From Nitrospirota bacterium (GTDB lineage Bacteria > Nitrospirota > Thermodesulfovibrionia > Thermodesulfovibrionales > JdFR-86): a stretch of 64,000 nt of DNA. Positions 1-8,038 of the stretch are shown here, piece after piece. Numbering within the stretch: the stretch's first letter is position 1; each line of letters opens with the position of its first letter. The notes below the pieces were generated by a model, which searched no databases, was not told the origin of the DNA, and was given only the letters and a program-made list of their open reading frames with translations. The position numbers and the translations under genes were made by a program. The DNA is taken from positions 1,376,001 to 1,440,000 of the forward strand of contig CAVRJY010000001.1 of NCBI GenBank assembly GCA_963721805.1, read 5' to 3'.

Positions 1-1668
1 CGCCTTCGCCCGGCAGTATTTGTCCCTTACATGCTCCTCGTACTCCTCGCGGAAGTATTTCAGGGTCGAGAGCACGGGGGTGGGGGCGCCCTGTCCGAGG
101 CCGCACAGCGCGGTGTCGCGGATCAGCTTACCCATGCGCTCGAGCTCGTCGAGGTCTTCCATCGTGCCGGAGCCCGAGGTGATGCGGTTGAGGATCTGGA
201 GCATGTGCCATGTGCCTATGCGGCACGGGGGGCACTTGCCGCAGCTCTCGGCCTGCGTGAACGAGAGGAAGTACTTGGCGATGTCCACCATGCAGGTGTC
301 CTCGTCCATGACGACCATGCCGCCGGAGCCCATCATCGAGCCGACCTTGCGGAGAGAGTCGAAGTCCACGGAGAGGTCCAGGAGTTCCTTCGGTATGCAC
401 CCGCCCGAGGGCCCTCCGGTCTGGACGGCCTTGAACTCCTTGTCGTCCATGATGCCGCCGCCGATGTCGTAGATGATCTCGCGAAGCGTGATGCCCATCG
501 GGACCTCGACGAGGCCGGTGTTCTTGACCTTGCCGGTAAGCGCGAAGACCTTGGTGCCGGGTGATGTCTCGGTACCGATGCCCAGGAACCAGTCCGCGCC
601 GCTGTCGATGATCGGCGGGACGCAGGCATAGGTCTCGATGTTGTTTAGGTTGCTCGGGTAGCCCCAGGCGCCGCCGCCTTCTTCCGAGAGGCGCGGCGGA
701 CGGGGGCGCGGGTATCCGCGCTCGCCTTCTATGGAGGCCACGAGGGCTGTGGACTCGCCGCATACGAACGCCCCTGCGCCCTCCCTTACGTCCATCGAGC
801 AGCTGAACTTCGTGCCCAGTATGTTCTTTCCGAGGAGGCCCATGGCCTCGGCGTCCGCGATGGCCTTCTTGAGGTTCTTTACAGCGAGCGGGTATTCGTG
901 GCGGACATAGACCATCCCGTACTGCGCGCCGATGGCGTATGCGCAAAGCAGCATGCCCTCAAGCAGGCTGTGCGGGTCGCCCTCCATGATCGCGCGGTCC
1001 ATGAACGCACCGGGGTCGCCCTCGTCGCCGTTTGCGATTACGAACTTGACCTTGGCCGGGGAGCTCTTGCAGTGCTTCCATTTTACGCCCGCAGGGAAGC
1101 CCGCCCCGCCGCGGCCGCGAAGGTTCGCGCGCGTGACCTCGAGCAACACCTGGTCGGGGACCATCTTGGTGAGGGCCTTCTCCAAAGCGGCGTATCCGCC
1201 CACGGCTATGTAGTGGCGGATATCGCGCGGGTCGATCCTTCCGTTGTTTCGAAGTGCGATGCGGAGCTGTTTTTTATAAAACGGTATCTCCTCGACGTTC
1301 GCTATCGGGGAGCCGATCTTGCTGTCTCTGTACAGGCCCTGCCGGTAGGGCTGGTTGAGGATGAATGTATAGTTGACGAGCGGCTGGGCGTCGCCAGCCT
1401 TGATCTTCTGGTAGAACGTGTTGGAGGGTTCGGCCCGCATGACCGGCCCCTTCTGGCACAAGCCCTGGCAGCCGGTGCGCACGACCTTCATCTCGACGTT
1501 CTTCTCCTTGGCCGCATCTTCCATGGCGCTGATGACGCCCTGGGCGCCGCTTGCCATGCAGGCGGTGCCGCAGCAGGCCAGCACCCGGTTTTCGTCGGGG
1601 GGAAAGGTGGTCTTGGCATACTCGGCCCTCAGGGCCGTGAATTCCTTCGAAGACGTGAGTTTCTTCAT
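1..1668 (-). CDS. NuoF/HydB-like NADH- and FMN-binding subunit with an N-terminal thioredoxin-like [2Fe-2S] domain; runs off the window edge
   Basis: Not in the ORF track because there is no stop in the window. Hand translation from ATG 1668 (ATGA overlap with upstream stop) gives MKKLTSSKEF...CCGTAC...GCQGLC...LRGRGGAGFPAG...NGDEGDPGAFMDR...GAGAFVCGESTAL...GGPSGGC...ESCGKCPPCRIG...LCGLG. Confidence 0.9.
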   Translation of the reverse strand, partial: MKKLTSSKEFTALRAEYAKTTFPPDENRVLACCGTACMASGAQGVISAMEDAAKEKNVEMKVVRTGCQGLCQKGPVMRAEPSNTFYQKIKAGDAQPLVNYTFILNQPYRQGLYRDSKIGSPIANVEEIPFYKKQLRIALRNNGRIDPRDIRHYIAVGGYAALEKALTKMVPDQVLLEVTRANLRGRGGAGFPAGVKWKHCKSSPAKVKFVIANGDEGDPGAFMDRAIMEGDPHSLLEGMLLCAYAIGAQYGMVYVRHEYPLAVKNLKKAIADAEAMGLLGKNILGTKFSCSMDVREGAGAFVCGESTALVASIEGERGYPRPRPPRLSEEGGGAWGYPSNLNNIETYACVPPIIDSGADWFLGIGTETSPGTKVFALTGKVKNTGLVEVPMGITLREIIYDIGGGIMDDKEFKAVQTGGPSGGCIPKELLDLSVDFDSLRKVGSMMGSGGMVVMDEDTCMVDIAKYFLSFTQAESCGKCPPCRIGTWHMLQILNRITSGSGTMEDLDELERMGKLIRDTALCGLGQGAPTPVLSTLKYFREEYEEHVRDKYCRAKA

Positions 1669-2153
1669 TTTGAGCCCCTGATCTTTCCTGCAAGCGATTT
1701 GAATTTCTTGGGTGTTATGTCGCTCATGACCTCGTCGTTTACGGTGATGACCGGTGCGAGGCCGCAGCACCCCACGCACCCGACCGTCTCGAGCGTCATT
1801 GACAGGTCAGTGGTGGTCTCGCCTTCTTTCACCTTGAACTCTTCTTTGAAGGTTTCCAGTATCTTGCCCGCGCCCCTGACGTGGCAGGCCGTGCCCATGC
1901 AGACGCAGACGACGTTGCGGCCGCGAGGGGTGAAGTAGAACTGCTTGTAGAACGTAGCTGTGCTGTAGATCTCAGAAAGCGGTATGCCGAGTTTCTTCGA
2001 GAGGCTGCGCAGTTCGTCCTCCGGCAGGTAGTTATGGGTCTTTTGGATCTCCTGAAGCGCGTGGATCAGGAGGCCGCGGGCCTTCTGCCCCTCAGTCAGG
2101 ACCTCGCCCACGTGGCCTATGTCGTTTTCAATGTCGATATCTTCAATTTTCAT
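1665..2153 (-). CDS. NuoE/HydC-like [2Fe-2S] subunit
   Basis: LIHALQEIQ, ATFY, CMGTACHVRG and CVGCCGLAP motifs; GGGGAGG-type RBS upstream. Confidence 0.92.
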   Translation of the reverse strand: MKIEDIDIENDIGHVGEVLTEGQKARGLLIHALQEIQKTHNYLPEDELRSLSKKLGIPLSEIYSTATFYKQFYFTPRGRNVVCVCMGTACHVRGAGKILETFKEEFKVKEGETTTDLSMTLETVGCVGCCGLAPVITVNDEVMSDITPKKFKSLAGKIRGSK

Positions 2154-2314
2154 GAGCGTCCTCCCCTTAACTTATAAGCAATGCCATGTCACGCGCGCGC
2201 ACGGCAACAGACCGCGGCATGGGTGTCGAGCGTTTATTATAAACGGAATAAAACAAAAAACTAAAATTTAATAAATTAATGACGCTATTATCGGCAGTTT
2301 CTAAGGGCAGGCAT

Positions 2315-3790
2315 TTACCTTGGAGCCCCGTTGACCCAGTGGCTCGGAAAGGTGAGGGTTACGGTCGTGCCCTCGCCCGGAACGCTTACGACCCCGACCT
2401 CTCCCATGTGCTCGTCGACAATCTGGCGTACGAACGTCAGACCGAGGCCTATGCGCCTCCGGGTGCTGAAAAACGGTTCGAATATGCGGCCGAGGTTTTC
2501 CTTGGATATCCCCTCGCCGGTGTCCCGGACCGTGAGGCTGACGTTGTTGTCCTCGGCCGCGGTTGATACGGTGATCGAGCCGCCCTCGTGGGTGGCCTCT
2601 ATGGCGTTGCCGATCAGGTGGCTCACGGCCATGAGCAGGTATCTGCGGTTGGCCTTCATGACCGCGGGCTCCGGGGAAAGGTTAAGGATAAGCTCTATTT
2701 TCCGCGCCGCGATGGACTCACTGGTCACGTCTATGACGTCTCGGACGATCGAACTCAGGTCCTCGCTCTTAAACAGATAGCGCTTGCTCTTGACCAGGGC
2801 CTCGAACTCCTCGATGCTCTGCTCTATCTTCCGGCACTGCTCGATGATCTCTGCCGATTTCTCCTTTATCCCCTCCTCGTCGCACTTGGTCAGCCGGCGG
2901 GTGATGCCGCCTATGACCGCGACGGGGTTGCGAATGCGGTCAGCGACCCTGAGGCCGACCATGCCGAGGGTCCGCTCGGCCACGATCCCCTCCATCTCCT
3001 GGTTCAGATTCAGGATCTCCTGGCTGAAACTCTCGATCTTCTGGCGGCCGGATTCGAGTTCAGCGTGAATGCCCCTGAAGCGGCGGTTGATCGCCAGCAG
3101 TATGACCGCGAAAAACACGGTATACAGCCCCGCGAAGACCATGACGCTCTCGCGGATGTAGGCAAGCGGGATGCTTGCCGGGACGTAAACGAATAGGGCG
3201 TCGATAAGCTCTCCGGGCCTGAGATGAAAGCCGGAGGCCGTCCCGAACTGGCTGGTCACCTCTTTGGGCGCGGCCGAAGGCTCTCCGTGGCATTGGAGAC
3301 AGGAGGTGTCGGGTATATCCCCGGCCTTGGCCAGGACGTAATATCTAACCCCATCACGATCTATAAACCCGTCCCAGGTCTTCTCCCCGCCGCTGGCCAA
3401 CTCCCGTATTATGCTCGCCTCGAACTTGTCGGCACGGTTAACGGGATTCAGAGGGTTTAGTGAGGCGTGCTTGTACTTGATGTCGGGGAATGATTTAAGC
3501 TCCAGTTCGGCGATCTTACGGCTCACGAACGAGCGGGACATGCCCTCCAGGATGAACTTGCCCCCGAGTTCGTGCTGAAGCGCGGGCCTGAGCACGTTGC
3601 CGACGTACTGGCGCGAGGCGTCTATCGTACCCAGGAAGACCTTGGCGACCCGCTGCGTCCCCTCATACGCGTAACGCGTAAGGATCAGGTACGAACTCAC
3701 CGAGATGACCGGAAGCGAGATCGCGTAGACGATCAGGAGGGTCATGAAAAAACGCCGGCGCAGGTCTTTTCCGCTCTCGGGGGTCTGCAT
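2315..3790 (-). CDS. Membrane sensor histidine-kinase-like protein with a periplasmic heme-c (DUF3365/Tll0287-like) domain; H-box lacks His
   Basis: Two TM segments; periplasmic CLQCH; ADRIRNP at the H-box; N (NAIEA), G1 (DTGEGI), F (FEPFFST) and G2 (GLGL) boxes. Confidence 0.85.
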   Translation of the reverse strand: MQTPESGKDLRRRFFMTLLIVYAISLPVISVSSYLILTRYAYEGTQRVAKVFLGTIDASRQYVGNVLRPALQHELGGKFILEGMSRSFVSRKIAELELKSFPDIKYKHASLNPLNPVNRADKFEASIIRELASGGEKTWDGFIDRDGVRYYVLAKAGDIPDTSCLQCHGEPSAAPKEVTSQFGTASGFHLRPGELIDALFVYVPASIPLAYIRESVMVFAGLYTVFFAVILLAINRRFRGIHAELESGRQKIESFSQEILNLNQEMEGIVAERTLGMVGLRVADRIRNPVAVIGGITRRLTKCDEEGIKEKSAEIIEQCRKIEQSIEEFEALVKSKRYLFKSEDLSSIVRDVIDVTSESIAARKIELILNLSPEPAVMKANRRYLLMAVSHLIGNAIEATHEGGSITVSTAAEDNNVSLTVRDTGEGISKENLGRIFEPFFSTRRRIGLGLTFVRQIVDEHMGEVGVVSVPGEGTTVTLTFPSHWVNGAPR

Positions 3791-3825
3791 GGCCTAATTG
3801 TATCACGCGCAAGGCGGGGCGGCAG

Positions 3826-4302
3826 CTATTTATCGGCTTCGCCGCCGACCGTCCGGTAGAACTCCATCTTGAGCAGCCTGCGCTTGATCGTCTCGCCCTC
3901 GGAATATCCACCTATCGAGCCGCCGGACTCGATCACCCTGTGGCAGGGGAGCACTATCGGGATCGGGTTTCGTGAAAGGGCCTGCCCGACGGCACGAGCA
4001 GCCCTGGGCCTGCCCACGTGCTCTGCGAGCCATTTGTATGTGCGCGTCTCTCCGTAGGGGATCTCACGAAGGGCAAGCCAGACCTCGCGCTCGAACTCGG
4101 TCGAGCCTTCGAGCGAGATCTCGATGCCGAACGTGGTGCGCTTGCCGCCGAAGTATTCCTCAAGTTCGCGCCGTATCCGCTCAGGGGCGCGCGAGGCCTT
4201 GATCCGGGGCCGCTCGGTGAAGCTCAGCGATACGAGCCTCCCGCCATCGAAAATGATATAGAGCGACCCGAGCGGCGTATCCAGGACATGGAAGGATTTC
4301 AT
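3826..4302 (-). CDS. ogt: Methylated-DNA--protein-cysteine methyltransferase
   Basis: IPYGETRTY, RAVGQA and the NPIPIVLPCHRV active-site motif. Confidence 0.95.
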   Translation of the reverse strand: MKSFHVLDTPLGSLYIIFDGGRLVSLSFTERPRIKASRAPERIRRELEEYFGGKRTTFGIEISLEGSTEFEREVWLALREIPYGETRTYKWLAEHVGRPRAARAVGQALSRNPIPIVLPCHRVIESGGSIGGYSEGETIKRRLLKMEFYRTVGGEADK

Positions 4303-4304
4303 CG

Positions 4305-4589
4305 TCAGTTAAGCCTGCTTTGCGATGCCTTGCGGCTTTTAACCTGGCGAGGGGCGCGCTCGGCCTCGCCCTCGTAGATTATCCCGCAGCGGCGGCAGCA
4401 CATTTCGTTGTCGAGGTCGTTGATGAACGAGCGCTCCTCCTCGTCCTCAAAAAGTATGCGTACCATGCAGATGCCCCCCGGGAGCGTGGAAGTGCGGGCC
4501 TCGACCACGGTGCCCACGCCCCATTCAGTGTGCCTCGTGTGCTCCACCCTGTCTCCGACTTTCAGGTACAGCCTCTGCCGGTAAACCAT
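4305..4589 (-). CDS. Small conserved protein, DUF3553-like
   Basis: GDRVEH...WGVGTV SH3-like motif; lies in the serS operon with an RBS. Confidence 0.6.
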   Translation of the reverse strand: MVYRQRLYLKVGDRVEHTRHTEWGVGTVVEARTSTLPGGICMVRILFEDEEERSFINDLDNEMCCRRCGIIYEGEAERAPRQVKSRKASQSRLN

Positions 4590-4611
4590 AACGGGACGCC
4601 TCCCCTGCGCG

Positions 4612-5877
4612 TCAGCTTATGCGGTCCACTCCCATGTAGGGTTTGAGTGCCTCCGGCACCAATACCGAGCCGTCGGCCTGCTGATAGTTTTCGAGTATCG
4701 CCACGAGCGTGCGGCCTATCGCAAGGCCCGAGCCGTTAAGCGTATGGACGAATTCCGTGCCCTTCCTGCCCTCGGTCTTGAAGCGGATGTTGGCGCGCCT
4801 CGACTGAAAATCCTCGAAGTTCGAGCACGACGAGATCTCGCGGTATCTCCCCTGTCCGGGCAGCCAGACCTCTATGTCATATGTCTTGGCCGAGCTAAAC
4901 CCCATATCCCCGGTGCAGAGCACTATCGTGCGGTACGGAAGCCCAAGGCGTTGGAGGATATCTTCGGCGTCGGCGGTGAGCTTTTCGTGCTCCGCATACG
5001 AGTCCTCCGGGCGCGTGAACTTCACGAGTTCGACCTTGTTGAACTGGTGCTGGCGGATGAGACCGCGCGTGTCCTTGCCATGAGAGCCGGCCTCGCGCCT
5101 GAAGCAAGGGGTATAGGCGGTATAGTATAACGGCAGCTCCTCGGCGCGGAGTATCTCGTCGCGGTGGATGTTCGTCACAGGCACCTCGGCCGTGGGGATC
5201 AGGAAAAAGTCCGGGTCCGCGATCTTGAACAGTTCCTCCTCGAACTTCGGGAGCTGTCCGGTGCCGGTCATGCTCTCGCGGTTGACGAGGATCGGGGGAA
5301 AGACCTCGGTATAACCCTTAGAGGTGTTCAGGTCCAGCATGAAGTTCATGATCGAGCGCTCCAGCCTCGCACCGGCACCCTTCATCAGCGAGAACCTCGC
5401 CCCGGTAATCTTGGTCGCGCGCTCGAAGTCTATGATCCCCAGCGCCTCGCCAATATCCCAGTGGTTAAGGGGGGTGAAATCGAAATCCCTGGGCGTGCCC
5501 CAGCGGCGGACCTCGACGTTGTCGTTTTCGTCCTTCCCGACCGGTACGGACGAGTGCGGGATGTTCGGGAGCCTCATGGCAAAATCAGAGGTCTCGTCCT
5601 CGAGCGCCTTTAGCTCCTCGTCAAGCTGTTTTATGCGCTCGCCCACGCCCTTCATCTGGTCCATCAGCGCGGTGGCGTCCTGTTTTTCGCGCTTGCGGCG
5701 GCCGATCTCCTCTGAGGTAGAGTTGCGCTTCATGCGCAGGTCCTCGACCTCGCGCAAGAGTTCGCGGCGGCGGGCCTCTTTTGTGAGGAAGCCCTCGAGC
5801 GCCATGCCCATGCCACGGTTGTTCATCGCCTCTATGACCACGTCGGTGCGTTCGCGTAATAGTTTTATGTCCAGCAT
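4612..5877 (-). CDS. serS: Serine--tRNA ligase
   Basis: [57 protein letters not shown]. Confidence 0.98.
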   Translation of the reverse strand: MLDIKLLRERTDVVIEAMNNRGMGMALEGFLTKEARRRELLREVEDLRMKRNSTSEEIGRRKREKQDATALMDQMKGVGERIKQLDEELKALEDETSDFAMRLPNIPHSSVPVGKDENDNVEVRRWGTPRDFDFTPLNHWDIGEALGIIDFERATKITGARFSLMKGAGARLERSIMNFMLDLNTSKGYTEVFPPILVNRESMTGTGQLPKFEEELFKIADPDFFLIPTAEVPVTNIHRDEILRAEELPLYYTAYTPCFRREAGSHGKDTRGLIRQHQFNKVELVKFTRPEDSYAEHEKLTADAEDILQRLGLPYRTIVLCTGDMGFSSAKTYDIEVWLPGQGRYREISSCSNFEDFQSRRANIRFKTEGRKGTEFVHTLNGSGLAIGRTLVAILENYQQADGSVLVPEALKPYMGVDRIS

Positions 5878-5931
5878 CCTAGCTCCAGTCGGTCGTATTT
5901 GTGAGTTCCAGATTAATTATAATATAAATGC

Positions 5932-6567
5932 ATGAAAGACCTCCGGATATTGTATGAGAAGCTCTATTCGGCCTTCGGGCCGCAGCACTGGTGGCCGGGG
6001 GATACGCCGTTTGAGATAGCGGTCGGCGCGGTGCTCACCCAAAACACGAACTGGGGCAATGTCGAGCGCGCGATAGCCAACCTGAAAGCAGCCAGAGCGT
6101 TGAGCGCCCGCCGCATCCATGCGATGCCGAACGCCGAACTTGCGGAGCTCATCCGGCCTTCCGGATACTTTAACGTCAAATCCAGTAGGCTCAAGGCTCT
6201 CATCGGATACCTGATCGAGCGCCGGGGAGGGAGCATGGCCCGCATGGCACGCGCCCCGATGTACGAACTCCGGCGCGAGCTCCTGGGCGTAAACGGGGTG
6301 GGGCAGGAGACTGCCGACTCTATCCTTCTCTATGCGCTTAACAAGCCCGTATTCGTGATCGACGCTTACACCAAGCGCGCGCTTTCGAGGCATGGCGTAA
6401 TGGACATTGGCGAGTCATACGAGAGGTTTCAGAAGCTATTTCATAGCTCGCTCAGCCCGGACGTGGCGCTCTATAACGAATATCACGCCCTGTTCGTCGC
6501 TCTCGGCAAGACTCGCTGCAGGCCGACAAAGCCTATGTGCGAGGGCTGCCCGCTTCAGGGGTTCTGA
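5932..6567 (+). CDS. Endonuclease III-related HhH-GPD DNA glycosylase
   Basis: GAVLTQNTNW, HhH GVGQETADSILLYA, VIDAYT, and C-terminal C-x6-C-x2-C. Confidence 0.88.
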   Translation: MKDLRILYEKLYSAFGPQHWWPGDTPFEIAVGAVLTQNTNWGNVERAIANLKAARALSARRIHAMPNAELAELIRPSGYFNVKSSRLKALIGYLIERRGGSMARMARAPMYELRRELLGVNGVGQETADSILLYALNKPVFVIDAYTKRALSRHGVMDIGESYERFQKLFHSSLSPDVALYNEYHALFVALGKTRCRPTKPMCEGCPLQGF

Positions 6568-6573
6568 TATAAT
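6565..6573 (+). promoter_or_regulatory. Extended -10 promoter (TGaTATAAT) for the sugar cluster; probably a leaderless transcript
   Basis: Perfect TGn-TATAAT ending 7 nt before ATG 6581; no Shine-Dalgarno sequence. Confidence 0.6.
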
Positions 6574-6580
6574 GTCCACG

Positions 6581-7531
6581 ATGGACGAGCTATTTGACAG
6601 GTCACGTCTCGAGATCAGGCCGCTTGGCGAGCGCATTCACGACCTGGGCCTGACCTCGTTGATGCCGCTTGCCAGCCGCAACTGGAGCCACCCGTCCATA
6701 GATACCGTTGCCCGGCGCATAAAGGACGCGAAGGGCGAGCGAGTCATGATGATGGGCGGCCACGTAATACGCTCCGGGGCGCAAAGGTTCCTGATCGACC
6801 TCATGGAGCGCGGCCATATCACCTGCATCGCGATGAACGGATCATGCGTGATCCATGACTTCGAATTCGCGCTGATCGGGGCGACGACAGAGAGCGTTGC
6901 AAGGTACATCTCAGAGGGCCGCTTCGGGCTATGGCGCGAGACAGGCCGGATAAACGACATAATCAACGAGGCATACAAAGATGGCGGCGATATCGGCATC
7001 GGATCTGCCGTCGGACGCGCGATACTAAAAGGAGACTTCCCCCACAAGGACATAAGCGTGCTCGCGGCCGCAAGCCGCCTGGGGATTCCGGCCACGGTGC
7101 ATGTCGGAATCGGCCACGATATCATCCACGAACTCCCTAACTGCAGCGGCGCGGCCACAGGAGAGCTCTCATACCGCGATTTCCTGCGCTTTACGCGCAT
7201 GATAGAAGGGCTCGAAGGCGGCGTGGTCATGAACTTCGGAAGCGCGGTCATGGCCCCTGAGGTCTACCTCAAGGCGTTAAGCATGGCCAGAAACGTGGCC
7301 CACCAGGAGGGCAGGGCGATCCGCAGGTTCACGACGCTCGTCTGCGACTTACAGCCCCTTCCCGAGGACCTGAGCCGCGAGCCAGAGAAGACGTGTGCGT
7401 CATATTACTTCAGGCCCCTGAAGACTATGCTCCTGCGCACAGTGGCCGACGGCGGCGAGGGCTTCTACGTGCGCGCCTCTCATGCCGACACGATTCCCGC
7501 GCTCTGGCGGGCCGTGGTGGAGTCAGCATGA
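6581..7531 (+). CDS. Deoxyhypusine-synthase-fold protein (GSU2086-like); start 6581, alternatively 6572
   Basis: MMGGHVIRSG, AMNGSCVIHDFE, FGLWRETG, PATVHVGIGHDIIH, NFGSAVMAPEVYLKALSMARN. Confidence 0.7.
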   Translation: MDELFDRSRLEIRPLGERIHDLGLTSLMPLASRNWSHPSIDTVARRIKDAKGERVMMMGGHVIRSGAQRFLIDLMERGHITCIAMNGSCVIHDFEFALIGATTESVARYISEGRFGLWRETGRINDIINEAYKDGGDIGIGSAVGRAILKGDFPHKDISVLAAASRLGIPATVHVGIGHDIIHELPNCSGAATGELSYRDFLRFTRMIEGLEGGVVMNFGSAVMAPEVYLKALSMARNVAHQEGRAIRRFTTLVCDLQPLPEDLSREPEKTCASYYFRPLKTMLLRTVADGGEGFYVRASHADTIPALWRAVVESA

Positions 7532-8013
7532 AGATAATGGAGCTTAACGCCCTGGCCATGAAGGTCGCCGAGCTTAAGGCACAGGGGAAGAAGATCGTGC
7601 TTTGCCACGGCTGCTTCGACCTGATGCACCCGGGGCATATAAGGTATTTTCAGGCCGCCAAGCGGATGGGCGACGTGCTGGTCGTGACCGTCTCGCCCGA
7701 CCGCTATGTGGACAAGGGTCCGGGCCGGCCGGCCTTTAACGAGACCCTGCGCGTTGAATCCATCGCCGCGCTTGAGTGCGTGGACTTCGTGGCCATAAAC
7801 CTCTGGCCCACCGCCGCGGAGACGTTGAGGCTGCTCCGGCCGGACTATTACGTCAAGGGGCAGGAGTTCGAAAACCTCGAGGACAAGACAGGCAAGATAC
7901 AGCGCGAGGCCGAGGTCGTCAGAGAGATCGGCGCGGAACTGAGATTTACGCACGAGATCGTGTTTTCCTCGACCGACCTCCTTAACCGATACTTCCGCGG
8001 CACGGGAAAATAG
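7528..8013 (+). CDS. Stand-alone cytidylyl/adenylyltransferase (RfaE/HldE domain II-like)
   Basis: HGCFDLMHPGH (intact HxGH), KGPGRP, YYVKGQEF, FSST; ATGA overlap with the upstream gene. Confidence 0.88.
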   Translation: MKIMELNALAMKVAELKAQGKKIVLCHGCFDLMHPGHIRYFQAAKRMGDVLVVTVSPDRYVDKGPGRPAFNETLRVESIAALECVDFVAINLWPTAAETLRLLRPDYYVKGQEFENLEDKTGKIQREAEVVREIGAELRFTHEIVFSSTDLLNRYFRGTGK

Positions 8014-8038
8014 CCCTGCCAAAGGGTTATTATATTAA

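Noticed and set aside
2177..2192. Possible sigma54 promoter upstream of the NuoE-like gene (minus strand TGACATGGCATTGCT)
   Set aside because: It lacks the invariant GG and is one base short of GG-N10-GC spacing. A TATAAT at 2236-2241(-) is a better candidate.
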